DNA of 64,000 nucleotides from Diadema antillarum (taxonomy: Eukaryota), in NCBI RefSeq assembly GCF_040938485.1, contig NW_027271294.1, forward strand, positions 558,001 through 622,000, read 5' to 3'. The notes under the pieces were generated by a model. That model had not been told where the DNA came from. It saw nothing but the letters and a program-made list of their open reading frames with translations, and searched no databases. Shown one piece after another: positions 41,630-56,300 of this stretch. Position numbers and translations under genes: made by a program. Position 1 is the stretch's first letter, and the number at the start of each line of letters is the position of its first letter.

Positions 41630-41830
41630 AGACACGCCCGACTCGACTCCCGGCTTTGACTTTGACTGAGTTGAGGCAGAGGCGCGCGGGCGGGCTCAAG
41701 CGGGGGCCCGCGGCCCGGAGCGGCAGCCGCGGTACGGATGGCCACGGGCATACTCGTGGATGGGATCAGGGATCGTCGGTGCTGCGTCTCGGGCTGTTGC
41801 GTTGCTCGGCTAGGCGGCTGTACCGTGTGT
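41630..41830 (-). promoter_or_regulatory. CpG/GC-rich island upstream of PIGL start codon (putative promoter / 5' UTR)
   Basis: GC- and CpG-rich block (GGCGCGCGGGCGGG..GGGGGCCCGCGGCCCGG) 70-270 nt upstream of the ATG in AT-rich DNA. Confidence 0.65.
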
Positions 41831-42599
41831 GTGTGTACTGTATTCTTGTGTGTGTTTTGGTGAAGATTCTATGGAAAGCCAAAAGGGCGCTATAAACATG
41901 AGCATGTCATAAAAAAAAAGAAAAAAAAAAGAAGAAGAAAAAAAAAGGAAAGTACAGTATGACAAACAAACAAACAAACCAACAACAAACAAACAATGAA
42001 GTACGTTCTGGTTTCACTTGAAAGGAAATTCTTTGCAACAAATTGTTGTGATCAGGGGCAATAATTAATTTTATTTTCTTTTTTTCTTGTGAGTTTAGTA
42101 GCCTATGTGAAGAGTGTGAAGGGTGTCAAGGGGAAACGCCCCATCCCCTCTGCTCTCGTAGAGTTTCAAAGGAGATTCCCTTGGAAAAGTCAATACAGTA
42201 TGGTTTCTCGAGCTTGTCATACTTCGTTAGTTTATTGTTTTCTGTCGAAAACTGATACACCTCTGGTATGATACCTGCTGAAATTAACAGTAAATACACA
42301 CATGATGTGCACCCTTAAAAATTCATGCTTCTGCAATTATAAATCAAAATATGAATGTGAGCAGGCCTATATTGTACACAACTATTGATCCAGATTTACA
42401 GATACTATGACCATAATTACTTTATCAAGGAGACACACAACATTAGGGAGACAATTTTTGTCTCCTTTGATGACGTCTCTTAACTAGTATCATATCCTAT
42501 TCAATCGCATGCTTCACTGCTGACATTGCTTATCTACACAATGTCGATCCCTAAAGCATGGATTCATAGTTTTATATATCATTTATGTGTTTATATTAC

Positions 42600-42603
<4 letters not shown>

Positions 42604-42654
<51 letters not shown>
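42604..42654. repeat. (AT)n microsatellite
   Basis: Directly visible. Confidence 0.95.
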
Positions 42655-42658
<4 letters not shown>

Positions 42659-42886
42659 AACTCACAGAGACTATGATCATAATTACTTTATTTATATATA
42701 CATATATAAACATATCATATTGACTATCATAAATTGACACACACATACATAAACACACATAAAGACACCAAAGTACGACAAATGAAAACTCACATTCTCA
42801 GCACAAAGGGAATTCTGATAGCAGGCAGTAGCATCTGAAATTTAATACATATTTTGATATCATATTGCAACATTCAACACATACTA

Positions 42887-43331
42887 CAGTATGTCCCCCC
42901 AAAAAATTACAATCAGATTTTTGCATTAGTAACACCCAATATGATTAAACTGTCTAAATGCTGCTTCAAGGTCTTAAAATATAACATCTTAGCTCTATTT
43001 TGCAGAAAACCCCATTCAATTTGGTTAAGCGGTTACAGAGAAATGTGGATTGTTGTAAAGCATGTCATGAGTCTGATTCATCCAAGTTTAGCACTTCGAT
43101 GCTCTTGTGTGTGAATGCAATAGACAAAACTTGGAGGGAAGAGATTCCTGACATCCTCTACAAATTTCCTCATTTCTCCTTGACCACTGAAGCAAATCGA
43201 AAGGGGTTTTCTGTAAGATGTGGGCAATGAGTTAAAGTTTCATACCCTGAATTTGTATTTAGATTGATTTGCTATTTTTAAAGATGTCATTGCGGAGCTC
43301 CCGTTGTAATTTTTTTGGGGGGGACATACGG
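42887..43331. mobile_element. Tc1/mariner-like MITE
   Basis: TIR C(A/C)GTATGTCCCCCCAAAAAATTACAA, TA TSD. Confidence 0.85.
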
Positions 43332-44044
43332 TATAATGGCAGTAATTATCATGAAAAAAAATTGCTTTACTTTTCCCACCACCAAAGCATTATTCAATAA
43401 AAGAATAATATATAGGCAGCATTAATCCTCTTCTCTTTGAAAATACTATTTTCTTGTCTATACACATACTATTTTTGACATGCATGGCTTTAGATCTGTG
43501 TGTTGTCACTATTCACCACATGTGTAAAAGCCCATGGTATTGCAGTCATGCCATAATAATAATTCATTTCATATTGTGGAAATACAATGTACTTTATAGG
43601 TGCATGTCATTACAATGAGTATGGTATCAGTAAGGTCTACTTACTACTCCCAGTCATACGACTACTGAACAAAGGTGTCAATCATGTTACATACATGTAT
43701 TGATTCAACCATACTCCAAAGCTAATACACATACTCTAAGATGGTAACTCACTTAAAGTGACCATATCAAAATTTGTGGCATGTACAGAGTACTTTCAAA
43801 CAAACATTTGTTTAACCTTAACTTTCATGAACCACTCTGACGTGTGAAAATTGTTCAGATATTGCTTGTGATAGAGATTTTACGATGGTGATAATCTGCC
43901 TCTTTATCATCAAAGACCACCCTCCCAGCACTAGATGCCATATTTGTCTGTGGTGATACAGTCACTCAACATGTAAGTAGCCTTGCAGACTTGTGGCTGA
44001 AAATTACAGTACGAGCTGTACGAGCTGCACACAAGATCATTTAA

Positions 44045-44637
44045 CCCTAACTTACCTGGGGGGGGGGGGGGGCCATAATGGCCCCCCCCCCTCGACGAAT
44101 TCCGCGACCATTCCGGCGCGCAAAATTTTTTGACCGCGCCGCTCGCTGACTTTTTACTTTCAAGTCTCGCGCAACTTTTGAGACCAAATTTGTCGCGCCC
44201 GGGCATACCGTTCCGAAGCCACGCCCCTTCAAAAAAATTTCGTCAACCCCAAACTTGCTCTAAAACGTGATTTTGTGTACAAAGTCAATACAAATTGTGT
44301 TTTTTCAATGAATTCATATAAAGATTCATATTTTTAATTTTAATGGCTGAAATCAATTTATTTTAGTATAATTATGCTTCAAAAAAACAAACGTTAGGAA
44401 AAACAAAGAAATACATAAAAAATTGATAAAACAATATAAAACATAAGAAATTAATTTTGATACTGATTTTTTTTGATGCATAAATGTTCGGAATGTCACT
44501 AGGAATATTTACACCAAAAATCAGCAATCCATAAGCTTTTATTAGCCAATTACAGACGAAAATGAGGTTTTTTGCATATATTTGAATAATTAATTCTAAT
44601 GAATTCAAGCTCGCTAAATAGCCCAGGTAAGTTAGGG
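44045..44637. mobile_element. piggyBac-like non-autonomous element (593 bp)
   Basis: Perfect 16-bp TIR CCCTAACTTACCTGGG / CCCAGGTAAGTTAGGG; TTAA at 44041-44044 and 44638-44641. Confidence 0.92.
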
Positions 44638-44641
44638 TTAA

Positions 44642-44880
44642 ACATGCTGATCAAAGACACCATGCTAAACATAGATGATAAGCAGGCAAGGAAAATGAAT
44701 GGACATCGAGACAGGGAGCTGAAAAGCAAGAAAAGTAGCCCGAAAGAAGCAGACACTGTCCTAGTAGGACAGCCCAAGAGGTCAAAAGCGAGCTCACGAT
44801 TTGACCCCCACCCAGTCAAGCTAGTTGGCAGAATGGATGCCACCATTATAGCAAGGTGGAAACAAAGAAAAAACATGGAA
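44642..44880 (+). mobile_element. Ty3/Gypsy integrase C-terminal remnant
   Basis: ..KEADTVLVGQPKRSKASSRFDPHPVKLVGRMDATIIARW.. resembles the GD.VLV.Q.K..K.S..F.P.P..V....G..ITA region downstream of Gypsy integrase cores. Confidence 0.6.
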
Positions 44881-45468
44881 AAGTCTGATTATTCATGAAG
44901 GTGAATGCTCCTGTCGATTGACAGGAAGAGTTTGATCAAAACTTTGATATTGCTGGTGCATTCAATCCACTCACTGACATCGCAAAAGTCAACAGATGAC
45001 CTTTCCCAATTGTACTGGATCTTCCTGAAGACAAGGGCGCATGGCCCCTGGGGATCCAGGGTAATGATGTTTATTCGCATCAATATGGGAGGTATCCATT
45101 TGTGTTTGCGGTCGCCAATTTTTTCTCACGTTTATAAGTGTTACAGAAAAAGAATTAAAGTCTTCAAAATTTATGGATCTTCATCATTTTTGTTTTACTC
45201 TTCATGATCTGTCGCACAAAGGAAGGAAGATGTTGGAATTCCATAAAATTTTGTTTACACTGTATTGGAATGACACATAGAAGCAATGGAATTGAATGAA
45301 TTTGGAGAAAGAATATTGGGATCACACATGAATGTGATGTAAAATTAGTGACTTATTTCTGTGGAGTGGTATTTAAGAAAAGAAAATGGAATACTAATAT
45401 ACCTTCATTGTTTTTATTCTTCAAATGAGAGAATGATTCAAGCAGTGATTCTAAGCTTTGGACAAACA

Positions 45469-45662
45469 CTGTAAAAGCAGAAATTTTCGCGCATTTCGCG
45501 CAACCAGAAGCTAGCATGAAAATAAAAGCATGCAAATATATTTGCAAGCCACGTTCCAGTAATTAATGTCCTCATTCCGTAAAATATAAAAAACTATAAA
45601 AAATTATATTACCCTGGCCGAGCACAAGAAAATTACTCACGCGAAAATATTCACTTTTACAG
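45469..45662. mobile_element. CTGTAAAAG-family MITE
   Basis: CTGTAAAAGCAGAAATTTTCGCG / CGCGAAAATATTCACTTTTACAG, TA on the right side only. Confidence 0.7.
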
Positions 45663-47380
45663 TAATGCATTTGTTAGAGCAAAACACACTCACACACACA
45701 AGTAAACAAAATAATTTTTTTTTTCTTTTTACATTTGGTAGATGGTCTATGACTAAATAGTCTTAAAGAACTAACCTGGAATTAATTGAATCACTGCTTT
45801 GTCCTATGTATTAAATTTTCCAAACCCATTTTGATTCAAGTCCAATGCATCATAAGTTCATCTGATATCACCACACAACAATATTAATACCCTTGTAATG
45901 AGGAAGGCACAAACACATGCACACAAACACACAAAAAATACCCAACACACTGTTCAGTGCATGAACAAATCTTTCACTTTGATTACGTACACAAGAAATC
46001 TTGATGCTGCTGATTTTATGGCTACTTTACACAATACCCTACATCACCTGTCTTGAATATATAATATATACATAAATCTTCCTCATTATTAAACTTGACT
46101 AAAAACATATATATAATTTTATGGTAAACTTTCTTTGTAGGTGACCATAAGTATCTTAAGAGAGGGTCTATTCTAGGACTTTTGGATATTGCTGTTACAG
46201 TATCAATGATCGTCTCACTCGTCAGCTATTGGAAGCATTACTTTCAATTACTAATATTTTCTTATATACAGAGTTAAAGGCAAGATTCTTGTAAAAACAC
46301 ATTGTATCACTTATGTTTAGTACTCATGCATAGTTCATCATTTTCAGAAGATAAAAATGAGCACAAGTTGTAAATATTTGGCAAACAGACTAATTCACAC
46401 ATAATTTGTGAGATATAACGAGGCCATCCTACATAGATGTTTACCTGCAAAATTAGTTCACAGTAACTATCAAAGCAATGACCAGAAATTCCGAATAAGA
46501 ATTGGTTGTAGTCATTGCTAGTAATGCAAGTAACTGCTATGGTGGGTCTTTCATACATGGAAGCTTGGGTCATTTATCACTGTACAGGTGATACAGAGAG
46601 TTTTCTTCTCCAACAGTAAGTTGAAGGGGTGAAAACAAAAACAATTATACAAACTTAATGGTTACATCTGACTATTTCAACCCATATCTTTGCTGGTTTG
46701 TGTAATTTGATTTTATACACTGTTATGCTATCCTTTACAGCAAACCCTCAAATAGATCCTTTATTCAATCTACAATCTAATATCTTGAGCGGGCAGTTCC
46801 TCAAAAATTGCATTGACCTATTGGCCTGTATTCACAAAGGTGGTTTGAATCTAAAACATGGTTTATGCAAATTTCTTCAGCACAAACGTGTGTGACAGAC
46901 TGCATACACTGACAGATGTAAAAAAAAACATGCATTGATATGCAAAAGTCAAAGGTATGCACGCCTATTTCACACTTATTTTAGTAAATAGGCTAAATTT
47001 ATACCACTTTGTGAATCTGAGCCATTAGGTTTCATTTGCTGCCTTAATTTATGATCACTGAAGTAAACCTGGCAGGCCTTGTTTAAGGATATCAGAACAT
47101 TTCAAGGAATGAGTGCAATGACCTTTGATTTTGATTTTTTTTTTTTCTTGGGGGGGGGGGAGGGGACAGATTAAAAAATATATTTGATTCTACTTGCATC
47201 TCATGAAGAGTGTAAAAATCTGGACCAATTGTAATGAAAATTTTATGTAGCAAGAATTTGAGCACACTGACAGAAAGACAAATGGGCCATCATTCCCAGT
47301 CAATAAACACAAATCAAAACGGAAAGATGAAAGGAGGGAGACATAAAATGAGATGATTCATCCACAGATTTCCATTCTCT

Positions 47381-50300
47381 TCACAGCACTTTCCCAGGAT
47401 TCATGATGTTGAGAGGATCTAAGGTACGCTTGATGTTCTTCATGACGTCGATACCGACTTCCCCGATCTCTTCCACCAAGAGCTGCTTCTTACCAAGACC
47501 AATGCCATGCTCACCGGTGCACGTGCCGCCCACTGAAATAGCTCTCCTAGAATAGTCAACAAATGTATCATTATTTTTTTTTTTAAACCATACTCACAAA
47601 ATAGAGGCAGTGCAAACACAATGAAGCAAAGACACACATACACTTACACTTTCCAATCAGAATACCTCTTAAACAGTGCATTCCTTTTATAACGAACATG
47701 GTTATAACAAAATTCTGGTTACAACGAAGTAAAAATTCAGGCCACAACATTATCTGCTCTATGGTTTTTATTGTTCATTTGTTCAATAATAAGATTTCAA
47801 TATAACAAAAGAAATTGCTGGTCCTGAGAACTTCATTGTAATGAAAGTCCATTGAACCATGTCATGATGAATTCAACAGGCTGCCATTTTACAGTAGACC
47901 ACAGGCCCCATGCATTTATAGCTCATGCAGTACATTCAGAACATGGACATCCCCCCCCCCCCATTTTGCATGATCTACTCTTATATATTTGTATAAAAGC
48001 ACATTATTTTTTCTAATTTCTTTAACTCTGCTCATATGTTGTTATCGGCATTATCATAGAATTATAAGACTGAAATACAATCCAGAAAACGGTGACATAT
48101 CATCTTGTAATCATGAATGAAAATATCACCCCTGCACAACAATAATTAGACAGAAAGATCTTCAATAATGGATAACTTAAAGAACTTAGTAAATGGTGCC
48201 CTAAAAGCCAAACAGCGAGTCCCAGCTCACCTGCCGAGGATGACAGTAAATTCCTTTGCCTTTTGAATCTCAGTCTGATTGTTGGGATCCAGCAATAAAA
48301 TAGAGTGGAAGTTGCCATCACCAACATGACCAACTATGGCATCTGTAAAGATCAAAATATGTATGGAAAGCATGACAATCACACGACATGTATTGAATTT
48401 TGAAAAATGCTTTTCACATTTCATCCATACTACAGGATATAATTATCAAAGACCATGAATGTGTCTTCCATACCATATGAGGACACTGGCTGCAATTTCC
48501 AACATCGGAAAAAAGAAATGGTGATGAACATGAAGTTCATGCTTTTACAGAAACAGTAGATGCCTAATGGCAAACTGAATTTACTTCTCAACAATTTTCT
48601 GGTATCATAAGGATCTAGTATTCTTTACCACACATTGCTCTGAATTCTGTGGTACAATTCCTAATTAGTGACGGAACTCAGTAGTCTTACTTGCACAGCC
48701 ACCTGTGTCTTTAGATGATTACAAAACTGAGGGTGCAAAAAGAAAACAAGAAACAAAAGAAAAAACAAACTTACAACAGAATCCAAATCTCTTGAGGTCT
48801 GCAACTGTGTCATGGATCACCTGGGGCATGGCTGAGATGGGTACACAGACATCAGTGGACAAGCCCTAGATACAGTAAACACACAAGATTATTTTTTAGC
48901 AGCAATCCACTGCTCAACTCATGACATGACATTCACACATATTCTTCAGGCAGAGGAAATGCTCTTTTACTTTATTAAGGAGGACAAAACTACACTTTTT
49001 GGTCTTTTATTACAAAATATGCTAGGGAAGCACAGATGATTGACAAAGTAGCAAACAAACACACTTTCTGTACATTTGGGAAATGTGGCATGAAATATCT
49101 CAATCACTGGAAAGCTTAACCCGTTGAGGACGAGACTTACGTACACTCGGGCAAGTGTCTATGGGAAATGTGTGTTGTAGCAAAATCAGCCTGTCCTCAA
49201 CGGATTAAAGTGGGAATACAGTGTTATACAAAACCATTTTTTTTTTCTATGTGCAGCCACTTTATGAGATCATTGTTGTGGTGAGTCATACATAAGAAAC
49301 TACCGGTATAATAACAGCAACATCAAAATCATGCGACCAAGTGTAGCTCCTCTGAAATGGTAACAGGGTATCATTGCAGTGTCAAATCATTCAGAATATC
49401 ACTAGCCTGTTCCCTCTGGAGTTATTTCTTTATAATTCATGGGTTGAATTTAAGCCAAATTTCTCTTCTTTGTAGACTTCCATTCAAAACGATGTCTGGA
49501 CTGCATGCATCAGAGCTTGAGATAGTTTAGTCTTGTTACAAGGCATTCCGATATCCCAGCAGGGAAACCACATCACACATGCAATAATGGAAAACGACCA
49601 CACAAGCCCTTCTCACCTTGCAACCTGGCCTGAGGGCGAGGCTAGCATACCAAATGTCATGTCTGGCTTTCCATAACTTGTTTCTGTCCTCCATCTTCTC
49701 GGCCCAGGCAAACTCTGAGCTGCCATTGTAGCTCATTATTTCCTCTGCAACAATGTCATAACATACAACTCCCATTGGGGTCAGAAATACTGCATCTCGT
49801 CAAGGTGTTATTATCAAACAAAAAAAAAAAAAAATAGTATTGGTCATAGCTGGCCTCCAACCTGAACTTGCATAATTGGTAGAATAATGTCTTCTCTAAT
49901 ATAAGATCATTTCCACATGTATAACAACAAATTTATACCTAAAATTTTTTCCTGGTATTTTTTCTATTCTGTATAAATCAAATACACCTAGTTATAGAAC
50001 AAAGATAAAAACAATTTACAAAAAAACAGATGTAGTATCATGCTTTACAAATGTGTTTTACTGAAGTTATGCATGGGCAAAAATTCCCATATGCACTCGA
50101 TAATGTGGAACAGTAAAGTAGAAACAATGTCATACTAACATGTTAAGGACAATGGATGGAGAAGCAGGCCTGTCTTGCATTATGATTTGAAGTTGGGAAA
50201 AAAATAAATTGAGTTTCGATCATAAAGCCTTTTCTTGTACGATTCTGACTGATTTGCACACATGTAATATGATGCACAGCTTTCAAAAACATTTCAGAAT

Positions 50301-53300
50301 ACATATGCCCCAGAGAATCTTCTGTGACTGATAACTTTGTTGTTTTTACAAACTTTGTTGTTGTTTTTTTAACACATGTTGCATGGTATCTTCTGTCAAA
50401 CAATCAAACACAAACAAACAAACAAGCAAAATCTCAGTTCTGATGCAATTAGCTTCATCTTGTATTTCCCTACTAAAATGTACTTCAGTGTCATGTTTAT
50501 GCCTGGGATTCACTTCCATCGAAACATTCCAGTAATACCATTTACGGGAACATACTTTCATGCCTGCATCTAACTCCTAAAGTATGTGTTTGCTTAATCA
50601 GACAGGCTTACCAACAGCCTCCACCTGTGCTTTGACACTAGCATCAGAACCATGGAACTCCAGAAAGAGGGTCGGTGCCACTCTGTTGTTGAGGTCACTG
50701 TATTTGTTGGTTGCAATTACCGAGTTTTCATCAAGGAATTCTGTATCAGAGGTGTATATTGGGTATATCTTGTCAGTTTAGGCCTTTGCCCTCATTTTCA
50801 GTTAAGAAATTCCAGCATGTGAATAATTATTCCAAATTTAGCTAGCTCTTGATAATTTCAGATTTCAAGGTTTTTAAATATGAATATCTCCATGACAGTC
50901 ATTGAGAATTTATAAATGCAAAGAGAAAATGAAAACTCAGAGCTTAAAGTTCACAAGAGCTGCTCCTTTGTTTTATTTATTTTGTTGAACATATCTTTCT
51001 CTTCATGATTCAAACATCATGGTCAAACATCATCCAGAAATGTGGGAGGATTGGTAAGCCACATTTGCCACAGTAAATAAGATAGTTTTGCATACATACA
51101 CACCACTCAAAACACAATGGAACACAAATAATTTGGCAAAAACTGTTTTCAATCCACATGTTAAGCATGTATTGAACTATACATGTATGATCTTACTTCA
51201 GAACAGAGCCTCATGACTGAATGCATACATTCAGGGAGAACACAGTAAGTGAATACATCGCTATACAATTTCATCTGAACTAATTTATAATTCTTGACCA
51301 TAGCATGACTACCGGTAACTATGCTTGTCTCACAATTTCACAAGAGTATCAATCAATATATTCATTCATCAGCTCTGTATGATCATCTGAATTTGACCAT
51401 TCCCAGTCCGTGTTTCAAAAGAGTTTCCTATTTTCTTGATAATTCTACTAACACTCTTATGAGAACTGCTCTTTCTGTTCTAATTTTGTGCCAAATCATC
51501 TTTTTTTTTTTTCAGCTTAAGAAAGGTTGGGAGGTCTGCTTAAACTCTCCTCCATGCAAGACCTAAGACCTAACAACAGCGATTTAAATATTCAAGGACA
51601 TGAAGCACAGAGGATCAAGTACTGTATACACCATATATTTAGTGAGTCTAAATTTTTGCGAATCGAGACTTCCCGACGATTTCGTGAGTGGTTAAATTCG
51701 CGATCATGGAGTAAAGTACTGTACAGAGAAATGTATACGTGTGCGTCACATTCATATCGGGATCAGAGTCATTATTTTCGCGTGTCTTTAATTTTACAAA
51801 TAGCACTTGACTCGCGAAATTCATAAAAAAATAAAAACTTGCGCAATATTTGGCGTATACGGTACTGAGAGGTTTCCTACCTATTCTGGCTATGGGCACA
51901 CCACACTGTAAGACTTGTAACACAGAGTCCACTGCAGCTTCGACTGTATCAAATGAACACACAGCAGACATCATCTGTGTAGGAACAAAAACAGCCAAAA
52001 GATCAGTGTAGCAATGTATTCTAACATATTAGGCAATATGCATGCACCCCTAACAGAGGGCTAGAAAGGCACCCACTTTTTATTCACAGTTTGTCTGACA
52101 ATAGCCAGCCATGAACATACTCGAATTTTATGCAAACCTTAGTATAAAACAAAGGTTGCTCCTGACACCCAGGAAGCTTCTTCAAATTTTGTATGTCACA
52201 GATGAATGATAAATGCAACATGGATTCTAGGTATTGAGAGATGTATACAGTAGGAAGAAGTAGTTAAATATTTTGTTACCTGATCTTCAGAGAGAAATAA
52301 ACATTTAATATTTGAATATACAATGGTAAAGCAGCCTGTTGTACTACTTGGCAAGAGAAGAAATTACAGCTTTGTGAATAGCACTGACAGAAGTAGGTAA
52401 TATAAATATTGCATAGGTAAGATACATCACATATGAATTTCAATATCACTTCAAACGTCTGTATGAATATAGGATGATGATTTTTATCAGATGGCTACAC
52501 ACATAATTGCTCCAACAGAATTTGTTGTATAAATATTGACTTCTCTCTTAATATTTGGTACAGAGTGGTGTCAGCTAAACAATTTGTGTGATATCCCACT
52601 GTTAAATCTAATGGACTTGCTGCTTAAAAGTGCAGATTATCAACCATGCTGTACAGATCAAATGTACCGACACACTGCTGAATTCTGATTGTGTGAAAGC
52701 CAAATCAAACTCAAGTTAGGTGGTAGATTACAATGCATCATTACAGGCAACTGGCCTCTATTTTGATAATTATTTGACCATTCATCTTGGTCCCCCAGGG
52801 TAGGTTTACCAGTGTCCTTTTGAATTTTTCCAGTCACTGGAGCAGGAGTTGCACTTAAGTCCACAGATTAATGACAAAATAAAAGCCAGCTGTGTGAATC
52901 TCAATGACTCACCACACACATAATTTTGAGGATAAACTCAGCTTACCCGTAATCATTCTACATTTACAGGTTGCATCAACCCAACACTTACCACCTCTGG
53001 CAAGCCATACACTCTAAGCGTTGCCTTGGTAATAATACCCAGAGTTCCCTCTGATCCAACTATGAGGTTTGTCAGATTGTAGCCAGCTGATGTTTTCCTA
53101 TTATGAGATCATTAATGGAATGACATGTGAGGAACAAACATTTACATAAAACCATGCAACAGCAAGTATTGTAAGCTGTTAAGTACAAAGAAATTACACT
53201 TACTTGCAATGTCAAAGTTCTGAGAAGAACTACAAATATCTTTAGTAAGTTCAGGAGCATTCTCTTAGTAGTTACTTATTTTTACACCAGTGTTTTCCCT

Positions 53301-56300
53301 TTTCTTCTTTCAATGTAATGGATGTCAGTTTCCCAACATTCTATGAGAAGGGAGTTAAATGGCAGTTGAATAGAAAAACTGAAGATTAACTGTTAGACTT
53401 ATTCACATTCTGGCATACCATGATTGACAACATAACATAGTCCTTACATTGACTCTACATCTTTTCAAATTAAAGTAAAAAATCATGACGTAACTCCTTC
53501 CAGGGACTTTTCTAGTTTCCCATCAACTCTACATAAGGGAGACCTATTTGGACTGGGAATAACCTACTTCAAGCAATGAATGACTTAATAAATGATGCGA
53601 TGGTCTGATCTGGTCTGAAAATTCATATCAATTTAGAGCTGTGTACACCTGTATGTGACCTCTGCTGCTGCAGAGTGGGCTGTACATCAAAATCTGCCCG
53701 ATAATGGTGAATCAAATTGAAAAGCCCAAAAGTTCTTTGGCAGACACATACAAAAAGTGTGAAACACTAAGAACTGAACTCCACTGCACAGAGATAAACA
53801 TTACATTATGGCAAATGCTGGGAATTTACAGAAAGGAAGATTATTAACAGTTTGCACAATTTCACTAGAAATTTCTACGGCTGAGAGTGAACATAACATT
53901 ACTTGTAGGCTTACCTAGGTCTCTTTCCTTGGCCAGCTGTGTGCATGATTGATCCATCGGGCATCACTACCTCCAGGTTGATGACATTTTCTCGCATGGT
54001 TCCGTACCTGACGGCATTGGTTCCTGAGGCACTGGTCGAAGCCATACCACACAGTGAGGCATCCGCACCAGGGTCTAGAAGTACGATAGGATAGGGGCAA
54101 AACAAGATTACGCTTAGGTATAAGTCATAGTCTTGTCATGATCTTGTGAAAATGTTAGTGCACAAGACTGCAGCTTCAAGCCTCACATGCAGACATATAT
54201 TTTGTATACCGGTAACTCACAATACCACTCTGCACTCATGTCAAAATGGAAACCCAGTTCTTTTACCAGTCATCTTCCCTTTTTTTTTTCTTTGTCTGTA
54301 TTTGTCTGTAACACACACACTCCCACAAACATACATACTACACATAGAGAAGAATGCAGAGCAACAATTAGACCACACATGGGGAAGGCAACTCTCCACA
54401 CTTGTACTGAAGTGCATGACAGCAGTTGAGCACTTGATCTAACCACCAGGACAATGCTACTTTACTGCATAGGCTCACATACATTAGTCCTACTGCCCAG
54501 CAACAAATATGTAGACTGTGGATTTGGCGGCATCTATCTGGATGTGTTAAAAACAGCAATTCTAGTATGAAATAACTGTAATTATGTATATTTCTAGATT
54601 GATTCTGTTATCACTTTTAGACATTAATGACAAACAACAGAAGTGCTTTGACCTTTTTGAAGTGGTTGTGGTTTTTATTTAAGCAGTAAAAATAGCATAA
54701 ACAAAGTTAACTAAATTGAATTCTGTTGCACTTAAGCAGTGTTCCTGCTAAAGCAATTCCTGATTATTGGGTAAGCATTGCACCACTTAGGCAAAAAATG
54801 CAGTCATTTTGAAATGTCATCCTGTGGCCTCACCAACTGGAAACCAGAGGCCATAATCTTTCAAGTGATGGTTGAGAGAAAGGCGAGTGACTCCTGGCTG
54901 CACTGTCACATCAAAGTCTTCAGCATGGAGGTCTGTGATTTCATCCATCTTGGACAAATCCACACACACTGCACCCTGGAATTAAAATAAAAGCTTCTGT
55001 TAGTTTGAGATGCTACATAAATTCATAAAGTAGAATTTTACTCAACTCTCTTCTCAAGCTGACAATAATAAAGTCACTCAGACAAGGAAGGGAGAAATTT
55101 CATTCAAACTCGACAGTCACTCTGAATGTTATATAATTTGAAAGATTCACATGTTTTCTCAAGACAGAGATATTTGTGGCAACCATAATTTATGTGCAAA
55201 TACAGTGAGGTGATGCTGTCATGGCCTCAAAAGTCTCTAGCTCACCTGCTCACAAGTTTTAATTAAATTTCCTCTTCAAAAATCACATAAAACAGAACAA
55301 TTTGTGTCCTTCACATCAAATCATGGCAGTGTCGAAGCAACATAATGATGAATTCTAAGGGGGACAGGGTTGTAGTTGTTCATTTATCCATCATAAAAAA
55401 GAGTTTTATGACAAGAAATCTGCTTCTTTTCATTCATGTTGTGGTAACATTGCATATTTCAAACAGACACTTGTGTGTATTTGCATCATACCAGCTAAAG
55501 CCTACAGGATGGTAGAGGTATGTTTTACTACAAATGTACAAATAAAGAAGAAGAAGAAAGAAAAAAAAAAGGAAGAAGACAAGAGATACCATGGAGGAGT
55601 TTCAAGAAGAATTTGAAAGTCAATCTTAAAAGATAATAGCAACCTAATATCATGATATGCTGAGTGTGTCTTTAATGATATTCTAGCTTCCTCATGAATA
55701 TGACAATTTTAGAGACTTTCTGATGTAGCTATTCACATACAAAGCAGCATAAGTGACCAAGGAATTGGTCTCTAAATTTTCATAACAATTTAAAGTGGGT
55801 TCTGAAAACATTAAATGATGTTGAACAGGGTAACCAGTGTCATAACATAATTTTAAGTTGATCTTGTCCTTTAAGATAGCCTTTTCTTTGTAAAACACCC
55901 CCAGCTAACATGCATCCCACTAAAGTACTCACCTGCACGCCTGTAATGCCTCCTTCCAGGCCGGTCCCAGTGCCAAACGGGATCACTGGTGCTCTGTGCT
56001 TGCTGCAGATCTGGACGACCTGGCTGACCTGTTCTGTGCTCTGAGGCCACACTACCAGGTCAGGTGACACTGGACTGTCGTATGAAATGTAGAGGATCTT
56101 ATCTACAATGACTGCATTCCTTGGCATTAAAATCAGTGCGATTCAATTTAGTTTGATATTCATTAGATTCAACTTTAACATGAACAGAGCTTGATGTTAA
56201 CTTTAAATGCAGCTTCCTCGCTAAGTGGCTTACCCTGCTCTTAATTGATAAATTGATCTAATCCAGCTGATCAGCACTTTGCCATACGTGTTGAGTGTAT

